A DNA stretch of 63,932 bases, counting the filler, from Octopus bimaculoides (lineage: Eukaryota): NCBI RefSeq assembly GCF_001194135.2. It is 5 parts of 5 records of this genome, joined end to end, with 100 filler letters (N's around TTAATTAATTAA, not from the genome) between each part and the next. Parts side by side here need not be neighbours in the genome. Positions count along the whole stretch, not along the records: positions 1 to 30,880 come from NC_069005.1; 4 more parts are not named here. One strand, 5' to 3'. The notes beneath the pieces were generated by a model. The model saw only the letters and a program-made list of their open reading frames with translations, was not told where the DNA came from and did no database searches. Below are positions 1 to 13,820 of the stretch, piece after piece. The first letter of the stretch is position 1. Every line of letters starts with the position of its first letter. The translations under genes and the position numbers were made by a program.

Positions 1-36
<36 letters not shown>
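1..36. repeat. (GT)n microsatellite
   Basis: Direct. Confidence 0.95.
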
Positions 37-38
<2 letters not shown>

Positions 39-864
39 TAATTTCCAATCCTAATATTGATACAAAGTTCTGATAGATTAGAATTGCATTTCATGCGATT
101 TCAATGTAAGGTGGCGTTGTAATTTCCGGTTGGTTGAGACTGAGATTTACATTACGCGATGTCTTAATAACCTGCACAGTGAACGCACACACTAAAAGCC
201 TCACGTGCAGCCTCTCATCTCAACGCTGATCGCCATCCGCTCTTGACACGATGCATTTAATTCTCAGTTATTAAATTTACTTATTTGTACAGTAAGTACT
301 GACACAGCCCGCGTCTCTAAGCATCGAAAGCCAGTCTATGGATGATTAAGGTTTGTATAGAATGAAGTTTTCGACGAAAAATTACCGATGAGTCCGGGCC
401 AAAAGATAGTAAACCATCTAAATAGGGCCTCCTCCATATTTTTAATACATGCAGATGAGTTTGTGTACAACGATTGAATTGATTTACGGGACATGATGTG
501 AAGTTTGGCAAAGATAAAATCAGCGATTGAAAGGAAATGATGTAAAGTTTAGTATAAATAAAATCAGGGGTCACCAAATTCTGCACCAGCAACAATTGTC
601 CATTTTCAATAATTTTCCCGTAGTCCCTATTAAACATTTCAAAGTTCTATCTTCACAATAAGCCTCTTTTAGAAATATACTAATTCGTTTTACCTCGCTT
701 CTTCATCGCCCAACACAAAGATAAGACATACATAATGTACATATGTGTATGTATGTATCCATATGCATGCATATTTGTATATACATTTTCTGTATGTGTC
801 TGTGTATACACACGCACACACACATATAGATAGATATATGTACTTAAATATTCATATATACATG

Positions 865-900
<36 letters not shown>

Positions 901-911
901 TATAATTACTT

Positions 912-1088
912 TTACTTATTTCAGTCATTTTGACTGCAGCCATGCTGGAGCACCGCTTTTAGTCGAGCAAATCAATCCCAGGACTTAGTCTTTGTAAGCT
1001 TAGTACTTCTTCTATCGGTCTCTTTTGCCGAACCGCTAATGTACGGGGACGTAAACACACCAGCATCGGTTGTCAAGTGATGTTAGGG
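912..1088 (-). mobile_element. SINE family A, 3' half
   Basis: Reverse-complement match to about 59970-60155. Confidence 0.85.
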
Positions 1089-1590
1089 AGAGAGAGAGGA
1101 AGAGAGAGGAGAAGGGGAATCCCCCTTCTATTCACCATTCATTTATTTATTTAGTCATTTGCCATTGTATTGGAATGGGTTTAAGGAGGGTGACCTCTTC
1201 AAGAAATAAATACACATGGTGACCTCTTCAAGAAAAAAATATACAGAAAGTCTTGCCTTCTTTCTTCCCCCCTCCTTTCTTCTTTTCTTCCTTTTTCTCC
1301 TCTTTGAGTTATATGTAGAATACAAACTGCATTCCAAAATTCTGGCGACCTTTTTTCTCATTCAAATGCAAAGGTAAAGGCGGACAAATGGACAAAATCC
1401 CTAAGACCCCGTACCAATGACGAAAATAATCAAAAAGTCAGATATACCTGTATCGCCGTAATTTCGAACTTTGAGAAAATATTCCTCAGTTTATCCTCAG
1501 CGAATCTTCCTGAGCCAGGGTTAAAGAGCTTGTTAATCTCTCAACCGATTTGTGCGATGACTGTTTTTAATGCTGCAGCAAATATATATA

Positions 1591-1701
<111 letters not shown>

Positions 1702-2511
1702 ATGGATGGACGAGTAGATGAATGGATGTATCTTTGTTTCGATGTGAGTGACTGTGTATGCTTGTCTGTATAAGAACACATTGTGTTTAAAGACGAACAA
1801 TAATGGGTACAGATAGAGAGAGAGGAGAGAGAATACGAGAAAGAGAGAGAATGCGAGAAAGAGAGGAGAGAGAATGCGAGAAAGAGATAGAGGCAGAAAA
1901 TATGGAAATCAGGTAAACTATTCTCTATTATGATCTATCAATTGAATTCAGTGCAAATCATTGATTAACCGTCAAATAGGACAAGTTCAGATTCTTGTTT
2001 GTTATATTTTTACTCCGTGTGGCTTTTAGTATTGCTGCTGTTCCCATTTATAATTATATAGATTGTGTGTGTGTGTGTGTGTGTGTGTGATCTCGATATT
2101 CCTAAGTGCATTCTTTCTTCAAGAACGTTTTTGATATCAATCTATATAGAGGGAGGTAGAGATAGATACATACATCTACGTGCATACATATATCTATATA
2201 CACACACACATTCATACACAAACGTTTATATTTCGTTTATTTCTTTAATGTTTTTAGAGATTTTTCGTTTTATGTTTGACATATTTTCACCTTTAATTAT
2301 ATAAAAAAAAAATTCAGCTTCGTATAAAGAAAAATGGAAAGAGTAGGAAGCAACAACAACTCCAACAATAACAAAAAAGAATTCGTGATAAATATCGATA
2401 GAAGAAATGGCATTTGGCTACTTGTCAAATACCAGCTGTTTTTAGTGTTCAGGACGAACTGCTAAGAATTGATATCACGTGACTGGTGTTCTCCGATACC
2501 CACACATATAA

Positions 2512-2544
<33 letters not shown>

Positions 2545-4917
2545 TGCACTCACACACATACCAGACAGACGAATATTATTAATGGTTAATTCAGAAGTGC
2601 CATTACAGAAACTGCAAAAACAAACGTGAAAATAATATTTTTCCCATCTCAAAATCGTTCTCCCTCCCTCCTTCTTCCTCTCTCTCTCTCTCTCGTGTTA
2701 TTTCCCTTTCTCTATCGTTTTCTATTTCTCTCTTTTTCCATTAACCAACATATTATGTGTTATAAAGCCACTGCACTTTATAACTCATATCCACCAATAT
2801 CTTCTCACCTTACTGCCCCAGCTTTGGCAATCGATAAAGCTTTAATATTAGTATAAGTGGGAAATAAATGAATAAATAAATAAATAAATAAATAAAATGG
2901 CGTCTGAAACTCCGTAAGGTGTTGATTCCATTCTCTTGAAGATTTTTCATAATATTTTTAAGATTTTAAAGAAACAAGTTGGTATTTTCTGATGTAATTT
3001 TTCCCCGAAAGTTTAACCAACGTAAATACATGAAGAGTTTCAGCCGAGAGTGAAAATCGTAGCCACAAAAGCTGGAAGTTAATCTTCGCTGTTTCGCTGG
3101 TTTTTGGTGAATATTGATTTCTTTGCAATAGTCTCGATAATACGAAGAAAGCAAATCATGAATATATGTGTGCGTGTGTGTGAGAGAGCGTGTGTGTGAG
3201 AGCGTGTGTGTGTGTGTGTGTGTTGACAGAAGTAGCTACTCAGAAATAAATGTTATTCAGACGAGTTAGTAGGATATCAATAATGATTTACCTGCTCTTC
3301 GGGATTACCCTATTACCATTGTAGATTAAATACTTCTTTTTCTCAACGCACTACTTGTGCTAACGCCCAAACATCTCTTACACCTCAGTGACCACGATAC
3401 CATTACATGCACCACAAAGGGATGTGAACAATTTGTGGCCAATCAAAACAACCGAAACCTGCCAAAGAACATTTCACTAAACAGTAGAATATTCTGTATT
3501 TCGTTTTCTTGTGTAATTGTTATTATTTCACAGACACGTCTAATAAAAATCACAACAGGGTCCAAACTCCCTCTCTTCCCTCTTTTGTTTTTTTACTTTT
3601 TTGACATAAAAAACTAATATGAAATCCTAATTTCACTTAAGAGGATGTCACTATTTAATCTAAGGGACAAGTAACATCTCCGACTGCCCCTCTGTCAGTT
3701 TCGATGTCATTTATGGGAAGGTTTGATTATATATGCCAGGCATCACGACAATCTAAACTAACGCAAAAGGCCAAAGAGATTCGTAACATCACGACGGTTC
3801 ATTGCACCAATGACAGCACAACAACCGTGTTGGTAAACCATAAACCGTGCGGAGGAACTTGAACTGTTATTGTACTGTTCAGGATTAGCTTTTAGCTTCA
3901 TTCGATGACAATCGAGCAAATTCGCTTGAAAGAGAAAGATTATCCGCTGAGTCGCGACGCCTCGGTGCATCATAAAATAAGTACCGAATGGTGGCTTTTG
4001 AGTAGTGTGGCACGACTCAGGAGTAATTTGTTCTTTCATTAGTCAACCAAGCAAATAAACAAGAAAGAGAAAGGAGGCTTGCTTCCGTAGAAACACAATG
4101 GCTCAGTGCATCATTAATACCGCATCAGTCATGTGGTGATTCTTCAGCTGTGTCGTACTGCTCGGATTGTAGCTTATAGCTTCGTTAGATACTAGGAAAC
4201 TCTAATAACTCATATACCGATACCAAATATTACAACAGCTTAGCTATTTATTTATTTACTGCACAAAATCCGATTGTGCTTAAGTGGTTATTAACTGAAT
4301 GTGGCCGAATGCATCCAAATAACTCGTTTTCAGCATATTGGTAAATAATAACGAGTACACAAAATTGAAGCTTAAGAATTTCAAGTAAAGGAAGGGCACA
4401 CCTTCTTCTCTCAATATTTTGATCTGTTTCCACGCCATAATAAATATTTAATTCAAGTACCTCTAAAACTGCATTATCATCTAATGTTACCTCGCTGTCT
4501 TGAACTTTTCTTGGAGAGAGAGAGAAAGATTTTAATTAAATTTTAATTTAGCAGATCTTTGTTCAGTTTACCATTTGTCGAAAGTTTGTTGGAATTAGGC
4601 ACAGCTTAATGGTATTTTCCAATCCTACATTGGTTAGATTGTAATGTCGTGAGAGAAAACACCGTCACCAACGTTAGGTTACATTGAATAACATGATCTC
4701 ACAGACGTTATATGTGAAAGAAAAATCGGGATGAAGCCGGCTTTGATCCTAGAAACAATGACTCGATCGGGCCTTAACCGAGGGTTAAACAACGTCAACA
4801 ACAATAACGACGACGAATCAAATTACTAATATGAAACTACTGGAATTCTGAAATGTGATGATTTGTTCAGAATCTCAAAATATATCCTCTTCTAAGATTG
4901 TTTCTTCAAGGCTCAAG

Positions 4918-4918
<1 letters not shown>

Positions 4919-4960
<42 letters not shown>
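4919..4960. repeat. (CT)n microsatellite
   Basis: Direct. Confidence 0.95.
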
Positions 4961-4962
<2 letters not shown>

Positions 4963-4979
4963 TTATGAGGCAGCTTATA

Positions 4980-5015
4980 TCCCTGAAGAAGGATACTACT
5001 GTCCCAAACATTGGA
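4980..5015 (+). ncRNA. Degenerate hammerhead motif
   Basis: UCC-CUGAAGA-A-GGA..UCC-CAAA-CAU-U-GGA. GAAA is mutated to CAAA and ACGU to ACAU. Confidence 0.45.
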
Positions 5016-5061
5016 CTTTCCAATTCCCATACTAACCCACAGTACTCTTTTTGTCGTTTTA

Positions 5062-5095
<34 letters not shown>

Positions 5096-7381
5096 CTTCT
5101 GGTTAAGCGTAATAAATTAAGAGCATCACAAGTAGTAGATTAACTAATAAAGAGAATATCCTCCAATCTGGACAACGGCAGAGGGTGCTCTAATAGATTT
5201 AATAAATTGTTTGGTGCCAAATTCTGAGACGGTTACCAATAATACAGATACCTAGATATTGATTTGCCTCACTTAAAAAACAACCCGCGATACAGTTAGA
5301 TTACACGTTCTGATAACCACAATCACATATCTCTTTCTAGCAGCAAAAATCAATAATGCTAAAAACGCATATTATTTCTTTATTTATGGAACTAAAATAC
5401 GAACAAATCAACAACTTTCATTTTGCACCTCATTTTCCGAGACACCGATTCAACTTGATAACGAAAAATAGATATTGTTTCGTTTCTTTTTTTTCTTTTT
5501 TTTTGGTCTTGTCCTTTTCAATTAATTCCACTGATATCTACCCATTAATTAATTAATTAATAAAAAAAACTTTAATTGATTTCTTTTCGCTTTACATTTT
5601 TCGTATAAACAGTAAATCCAGTTTATTTTCTCTTTTATTTTAAACCATATAGATGGCGCCATTGTAAGTATTTTTCAACATTTATACAAGTCGCCGATCA
5701 ATTTCTAAGATAAAACTTATATCATACTTTTTTTATATATCTTTTATCTATTTTGTATTTATTTATTCATTATCGACATTAATTTAAGCATTTTCATTTC
5801 TTCACAATTTGTGGTCAAGATTTTCCACTCATTCCTAATTATTTCTAAATATCAACTATAACAAAAATGAATTGTATGTTAAACTTATTTAATATTTAAA
5901 TGTGCTATTGTTCAGATGTCATCTACGGATGTAGACCACGCTCCTCTATGGAAAAATTAAGAACAATTATTTTAATGTCCATTTAAGGTAAACGTTCTTG
6001 TAACTGTTATTGCTGCTGCTGCTGCTGCTGCTATTTGATCTCGAGTCTGCTAGGATCAATCGGAGGCGGCGGCAGTTGTGGTGATGGCGTTGTTATTACA
6101 TCTGCGTTGCTTATATAATAATTAAGAACTATTAACAACACATCTCAAATCTCGAGAGCTTTACTAAAGATTGTTACAAGGTAGAAATTTAATCATTATC
6201 TGCCATCCAGCGCAGCTGTTTGGATGTTTCACAAGAACAGTTTTGCCAACAGGAGGCATTTAATCTACAATATATTATACACTTTGCCCATCTGATGAAG
6301 AATTTATCAGCACAAGAAGATAGACATTCCAACAAAGGAATGAAAAAGATAGTCGGAAATGGAGGACATAAATCACCACACCACTTTCATTAAAAGGAGA
6401 ATTATAATTGAGATCCTAGCAACTTGTCTGAAGGCAATATTTTTCTGGGTAACAATTTCTATCGCCATTTGTATAAATATTTCAATAATAATTCAACTTT
6501 CTTTCCTCCATTACGTCTTGCGGTCGTTCTTCAGACGCACACAACTGTCAATTCCACCGTTAACAATGCAAGACGGTTTACGTCAGAGTTTTTTTAATAT
6601 GTCTGCACCAACATATAAGCATACAAATATGCATACACAAACACATACACACATGCATGTACACACATACGCATATAGACACATCTATATACGCACATAC
6701 ACCAAACCTCCTCTAAATCACACATCCTGCTCTCTTTAAAAAGTAAAGATACTTTCAGATTTGTAGTCTCTGATACACACAAAAACGGATGGAAAGCTTT
6801 ATGCATCACACAACTGAAAAAGTGATGATCACCATTTACAAAGAAAATAAAAGAATATCAAAGGAGGGAAACTGGACACTTTGTTAAAAGGACAAACAAC
6901 AGACGTTGAGTGAGGATAACCAAGAGAATGTCGACGAGTTAGAAAAAGACATTATTTCACATTTCACTGAATGAACACACCACCACCACCTCACAGCTCC
7001 ACCCCCAATCAAGTATCTTGTTTTGACCATTCACTATTTCCTTTCAGCTCTTATTCATCAACACCCTTTCACTCCCACACTGATTAACAAACTCCAACCC
7101 CAAACACACCCAAATCCCATATATAAGAATCACAAAACCCCAAACCCTCAGATCTGTTTGATAACAAATGCGAGAAAGTTCTCCAGAAAGAATTTTTTAA
7201 CAAAGATTTTTTTCTAAAAAATCCCCCCTCCCCAAAGTTAATAAAGAATTTACTAAATCTACGAACTAAAGAGTAAAATTTATATTAATAAAAAAAGCTA
7301 AAAACAATAAATTAAACTGATTAGAACTACCACTGAAGACATTCTTTTTCCTTTTTCAAATATATATATATATATATATAT

Positions 7382-7690
7382 AGACGTCTGATTAATAAGT
7401 ATCCGGACTGTCGCCATTGTAACGAAGTTAAATTAAAGCACGCAGAGTGAAGCTGCATGGCACAGATTGATCCTGACCTTTGCTGTGCATGTGCACAAAG
7501 TTTTAACGTTGTAGCTCACCTCCGCGGTTTACAGCAGTACTTGGAAGGAAGGTGTGTAATGTGTGATCGTCGCATTGGCCATAACAAAGAAAGTTGTCAT
7601 GGCGAGTGAGAGAGAATAGAGTCCCTTCTGTAAATCAGTTGAAATATTCATTATTGCCATGTATAGCATCAGATGTAGATTTATTTTGTG
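7382..7690 (+). mobile_element. Probable 5' end (TIR plus 5' UTR) of a mariner-like element, running into a gap
   Basis: TA-flanked tagacgtctgattaataagtatccggact resembles mariner TIRs; it is followed by a caaagttttaacgttgtagctcac motif typical of mariner 5' UTRs. No intact transposase is visible. Confidence 0.4.
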
Positions 7691-9279
7691 ATGATGATGA
7701 TGATGATNNNNNNNNNNNNNNNNNNNNNNNNNNNNNNNNNNNNNNNNNNNNNNNNNNNNNNNNNNNNNNNNNNNNNNNNNNNNNNNNNNNNNNNNNNNNN
7801 NNNNNNNNNNNNNNNNNNNNNNNNNNNNNNNNNNNNNNNNNNNNNNNNNNNNNNNNNNNNNNNNNNNNNNNNNNNNNNNNNNNNNNNNNNNNNNNNNNNN
7901 NNNNNNNNNNNNNNNNNNNNNNNNNNNNNNNNNNNNNNNNNNNNNNNNNNNNNNNNNNNNNNNNNNNNNNNNNNNNNNNNNNNNNNNNNNNNNNNNNNNN
8001 NNNNNNNNNNNNNNNNNNNNNNNNNNNNNNNNNNNNNNNNNNNNNNNNNNNNNNNNNNNNNNNNNNNNNNNNNNNNNNNNNNNNNNNNNNNNNNNNNNNN
8101 NNNNNNNNNNNNNNNNNNNNNNNNNNNNNNNNNCCCCCCCCCCACACACACTGTCCGCCATCTTCTTCCTCCACCATCCTTGTCTCTCCTACCACCTCCT
8201 ACCTAATCATTCTGTCGAATGTAGACATCATAACAATCGTCATCCATATAACCTTTAGAGTCGCCATAAATATTACATATCGATATTTTCTTAAAGCAAA
8301 TATCGAACTCTGATACGTCACCAATATCTTATCAATATTATCTCCTTCAGTTGATGTAGTTTTCACCCAAGTGATTATTGGCAACCATTCAGACATGTCA
8401 TGTGACCTCACCGTTTTTCATTTTGTTTTTAGCAGTTTTTTTTTCTCTTAATTCTAGACATCATTACTATTCTTCATACTAAAACTATTATTGTCATTAT
8501 TGTTGCTGTTGTTGATGATATTTTCTTTTTCCTCTTCTTGTTCTTCGTATTACTTAGGTTTGTGCATGAAGCAAGTACTGTGTAAGTTCAAGTGTATGCG
8601 TCTATATATCTGCAAATATACGTACATACATTTATATATATATTTGCATATCAATATATATAATTATACTTTTTTCTTTATATAAGTGTGTTTTTGTGTG
8701 TATTCCTGTCAATATATTTACAGGATTAGCCACGCAACGCAGCCTCGATTAATCGTCCATTCGCTGTTCACTCTCCGCGACGGAATAATAACCAGAAACG
8801 AACTGAAACACCACCGTTCGCTTCGTTATTCGGGGATCCACTACACGACGCCTGGCGTGGATTAAACCGTCACAACCTATTATATACCTGCCATAAGTCA
8901 CCGTGAATATAGTTTCCACTGCATTTTTCAGATGATATATAAAATATTTCCTTGCGATGGCTAAAGGAATCGTTTCGTTTCTTACACCATTTCAAGCTGT
9001 TGCATTCATTCATATTCATTCATCCATGTATAGCTAGATTTACATATAAGTCAATGTAAATTTATGAAAACAAATCATTTCAGCAGATGATGAGATTAGA
9101 CAAAATATGTAAAGTGATGCCAAAAAAAAAAAAGAAAATTTTAAAGAGTATTCTATTACCGTAAATATATTATTTTAGATTCCCGTAATATTTCGAGGCA
9201 GATTCCCCTTTCCAATATAACAAAAAGGAAAGTAATCTAAAAGCTCAAAGAAAAATGTTACCAGCGAGCCACACTCTCA

Positions 9280-9325
<46 letters not shown>

Positions 9326-9636
9326 NNNNNNNNNNNNNNNNNNNNNNNNNNNNNNNNNNNNNNNNNNNNNNNNNNNNNNNNNNNNNNNNNNNNNNNNNNN
9401 NNNNNNNNNNNNNNNNNNNNNNNNNNNNNNNNNNNNNNNNNNNNNNNNNNNNNNNNNNNNNNNNNNNNNNNNNNNNNNNNNNNNNNNNNNNNNNNNNNNN
9501 NNNNNNNNNNNNNNNNNNNNNNNNNNNNNNNNNNNNNNNNNNNNNNNNNNNNNNNNNNNNNNNNNNNNNNNNNNNNNNNNNNNNNNNNNNNNNNNNNNNN
9601 NNNNNNNNNNNNNNNNNNNNNNNNNATATATATATG

Positions 9637-9782
9637 CACGATGGTCTGTCAAATCTACTCACAAGGCTTTGGATGGCCCGAGGCAATTGTAGGAAAGACT
9701 TGCCCAAGCTGCCACGCAATGGAACTGAAACTGGAACCATGTGGTTGGGAAGCAAGCTTCTTACTACACAGTTACGCCTGCA
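9637..9782 (-). mobile_element. SINE family A, 5' half
   Basis: Reverse-complement match to about 59782-59915; truncated by a gap. Confidence 0.85.
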
Positions 9783-9787
9783 AATCC

Positions 9788-9849
<62 letters not shown>

Positions 9850-10412
9850 ACATACGAACACAGAAACATATATATTTATGAAGAAAGTGTATGAGTGGGC
9901 ATCTTTTGAAAGTGTTACGTTGCTTAAAACAATCTTTAAAAACAATTAGTACAGACCTGATGGATGAGATATGATGAGATTTATGTAAGAAGCCTCAGGC
10001 TCAACATCAGGGAATCTAAGGATTGAAACTATAATTTCTTCACTGACTCTTTCCTCGGAATGCAAATCCACCTCAGCGGAATTTGAGCTCAGAACTTTTA
10101 AGTTCGCACCTTGTTACCATAAGCTATTTCATCCGAATCTGAGATTTAAACTTATTTAAACTGAGTGATATTTTTTTAAAAACCATTCAAACTAAAACGA
10201 ACATCATGACAAAAATCTGAGAAAGTATTAGAATTGATCGACTTGAAGCACCATTAGATTTAGTAGAATATTTGTAAGTGAAAGGAATTTGATAACAATC
10301 AGATCAAGGCGTAGGGGAAACATACACGGTGCATGGCGTGAAGGTATGTGTATGTATATATACATATATGTATGTGTGTGAATGTACGTATGTATATATA
10401 TATATGCATACA

Positions 10413-10466
<54 letters not shown>

Positions 10467-11316
10467 NNNNNNNNNNNNNNNNNNNNNNNNNNNNNNNNNN
10501 NNNNNNNNNNNNNNNNNNNNNNNNNNNNNNNNNNNNNNNNNNNNNNNNNNNNNNNNNNNNNNNNNNNNNNNNNNNNNNNNNNNNNNNNNNNNNNNNNNNN
10601 NNNNNNNNNNNNNNNNNNNNNNNNNNNNNNNNNNNNNNNNNNNNNNNNNNNNNNNNNNNNNNNNNNNNNNNNNNNNNNNNNNNNNNNNNNNNNNNNNNNN
10701 NNNNNNNNNNNNNNNNNNNNNNNNNNNNNNNNNNNNNNNNNNNNNNNNNNNNNNNNNNNNNNNNNNNNNNNNNNNNNNNNNNNNNNNNNNNNNNNNNNNN
10801 NNNNNNNNNNNNNNNNNNNNNNNNNNNNNNNNNNNNNNNNNNNNNNNNNNNNNNNNNNNNNNNNNNNNNNNNNNNNNNNNNNNNNNNNNNNNNNNNNNNN
10901 NNNNNNNNNNNNNNNNNNNNNNNNNNNNNNNNNNNNNNNNNNNNNNNNNNNNNNNNNNNNNNNNNNNNNNNNNNNNNNNNNNNNNNNNNNNNNNNNNNNN
11001 NNNNNNNNNNNNNNNNNNNNNNNNNNNNNNNNNNNNNNNNNNNNNNNNNNNNNNNNNNNNNNNNNNNNNNNNNNNNNNNNNNNNNNNNNNNNNNNNNNNN
11101 NNNNNNNNNNNNNNNNNNNNNNNNNNNNNNNNNNNNNNNNNNNNNNNNNNNNNNNNNNNNNNNNNNNNNNNNNNNNNNNNNNNNNNNNNNNNNNNNNNNN
11201 NNNNNNNNNNNNNNNNNNNNNNNNNNNNNNNNNNNNNNNNNNNNNNNNNNNNNNNNNNNNNNNNNNNNNNNNNNNNNNNNNNNNNNNNNNNNNNNNNNNN
11301 NNNNNNNNNNNNNNNN

Positions 11317-11376
<60 letters not shown>

Positions 11377-11460
11377 ATATATATTATACATGTGTGTGTA
11401 TGTGTGTATATATATATTATATGTGTGTGTGTGTGTATATATACACACATGTATAGAGAG

Positions 11461-11621
11461 AGGTAGATAGACAGAGAGAGAGAGAGAGAGAAGAAAGTGA
11501 GAGGGAGAGAGAGAGAGAAGAAGAAAGTGAGAGGGAGAGAGAGAGAGAAGAAGAAAGTGAGAGGGAGAGAGAGAGAAGAAGAAGAAAGTGAGAGGGAGAG
11601 AGAGAGAGAAGAAGAAAGTGA

Positions 11622-11666
<45 letters not shown>
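11461..11666. repeat. AG-rich minisatellite, about 5 units of AGAAGAAAGTGAGAGGG(AG)n, ending in (AG)n
   Basis: Direct. Confidence 0.9.
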
Positions 11667-11667
<1 letters not shown>

Positions 11668-12233
11668 TATAGGTGAGTAAACTGTCAACTTTTGATCTAA
11701 GAACCATATCTACCCACCTTACCCAACGTTTTCAGTTCTCTTCCCGATAATGGTTTTCGGTGTGTAAAATATAATTAAAGACACTTTACAGCTCCTCCAT
11801 TAATGCGTGTGTTTGTATATATGTATGAATGTGTGCGTGTGTGTGTGTATCTGTGTGTATGTGTGCTTGCGTACGTGTGTGCGCACATAATGTAATGTGG
11901 ATTCGATGATAAAAATGAAGAGAAGAAAATACCAAGTAAAGCGAAGCATCTGGAAATTTCTGCGGCCAAAGTGAATCCGCAGAGTTGAGGACTTTCTGCG
12001 CAGCTGGTTCAGAAGTTGTTTTGGTTCTCGTCGTTGTGTAGGGACCTGCATGTCAAAGAACAAAGCCAACGTTTTCTCTGCGTGTTATGAAAGGCGACTG
12101 TAAAGGCTTCCGGTAAGATTTGCACACCAATCTCGAAGAAACCTTATCAACAACGATTACCCACTATCATCATTTAAAGCCTGCTTTCCGGACTGGCATG
12201 AGTTAGACTAGTTTTATATATATATACATACAA

Positions 12234-12278
<45 letters not shown>

Positions 12279-12663
12279 NNNNNNNNNNNNNNNNNNNNNN
12301 NNNNNNNNNNNNNNNNNNNNNNNNNNNNNNNNNNNNNNNNNNNNNNNNNNNNNNNNNNNNNNNNNNNNNNNNNNNNNNNNNNNNNNNNNNNNNNNNNNNN
12401 NNNNNNNNNNNNNNNNNNNNNNNNNNNNNNNNNNNNNNNNNNNNNNNNNNNNNNNNNNNNNNNNNNNNNNNNNNNNNNNNNNNNNNNNNNNNNNNNNNNN
12501 NNNNNNNNNNNNNNNNNNNNNNNNNNNNNNNNNNNNNNNNNNNNNNNNNNNNNNNNNNNNNNNNNNNNNNNNNNNNNNNNNNNNNNNNNNNNNNNNNNNN
12601 NNNNNNNNNNNNNGTTCGTAGGAACAATCACTTGGCAGTCAACTTCTCAGCGATGGTCATGCT

Positions 12664-12741
<78 letters not shown>

Positions 12742-13217
12742 GCATATATGCATACACATATTTGTAGACATACAAGCATAAACATATACTTACGCATACA
12801 TACATATGGATATACATATCTCTGTCTCTATGTATGTATGTGTATGTGCATGTATACGTATGTGTCTAACGACAGAGATTGTTGGTCTCACACCTACATA
12901 CACATACGTACTTAAGTATGTATATAGTAACTGCTATTTAATGGCATTTTCTGTTAACATGACCCCAGAAGCTTCAATGAAGCAATAATTAAACTCTCCG
13001 TATCGAATTGTCAGATACAAATTATGGTGCTGTCAAGCATCAATATTGATATCTTGCACAATTAATTCCAGCTGCAAGCAGATAGTTTTCCTCTGAAATG
13101 GAATCACATTCTCTGGCCGCCGCCTCCTGCCGCATGTCAAGGCAAACTTTCATTATCTCTCTTCTCTTTTCTATCTATCTTTTCATATGTATGTATGAAT
13201 GAATCTATGTATGTAAG

Positions 13218-13258
<41 letters not shown>
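13218..13258. repeat. (GATA)n microsatellite
   Basis: Direct. Confidence 0.95.
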
Positions 13259-13525
13259 GGATAGAAGTAAAATGAGGGTCCCGATGGAATCAGGTACTTG
13301 CAAAGGTATGAACCAAGTAGTGTTGGGTAGTGTCTGTTGTTCCGGCTTATGGTCGATGAGAGTCGAAATATCAGATGCGATATTTCGGTTGGGTACACAG
13401 AGAAAACCAACCCTATGAATATTTAGTGCAAAAGGGGCTGGTCCAAATTACGAGTAACTTTGAGTAGTACGTTGTTGGTATACTCTAGAGTGTCCGACAA
13501 GTTGTAAGTCCCCTTAGTCTATTAC

Positions 13526-13777
13526 AATCAAATGAATAATTACATCCGATGGACAATTGTCAGCTCACTACAGCTGTTTCTTACGCAACTTTTAATAGAA
13601 GAATGGGAACTGCTGGCCTCGATAGACATATCCCTGCTGTATTCGTGGATATTCTTTTGTTCTGTAAAATTTCTTCCCATTTGATGATTACGGTCTTTCA
13701 TAATCATACAATGTTCTCATTCTTCTATTAAAAGTTCTGCAAGAAACAGAAGTAATGAGCTGACAATTATCCATTTG

Positions 13778-13780
<3 letters not shown>
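13526..13780. mobile_element. MITE-like element with about 62-bp imperfect terminal inverted repeats
   Basis: 13549-13610 and 13713-13774 are diverged reverse complements (visible in the ORF track as MDNCQLTTAVSYATFNRRM on + and MDNCQLITSVSCRTFNRRM on -). Confidence 0.75.

Positions 13781-13820
<40 letters not shown>

Noticed and set aside
340-550. Minus frame FLSIADFIFA...C...FRWF resembling a GPCR TM2-TM3
   Set aside because: In-frame stop just upstream, no acceptor, and the similarity is only a few hydrophobic residues.
2897-2919. AAAATGGCG...CC/gtaagg as a tiny first coding exon (MASETP)
   Set aside because: Preceded by a (TAAA)n run, no promoter context and no matching downstream exon.
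5173-5191. Third CTCF-like motif (CAACGGCAGAGGGTGCTCT)
   Set aside because: Several mismatches at high-information positions.
13345-13390. 11-bp hairpin with upstream CGATGA..GAAA, hammerhead-like
   Set aside because: Stem II cannot form and the core is non-canonical.
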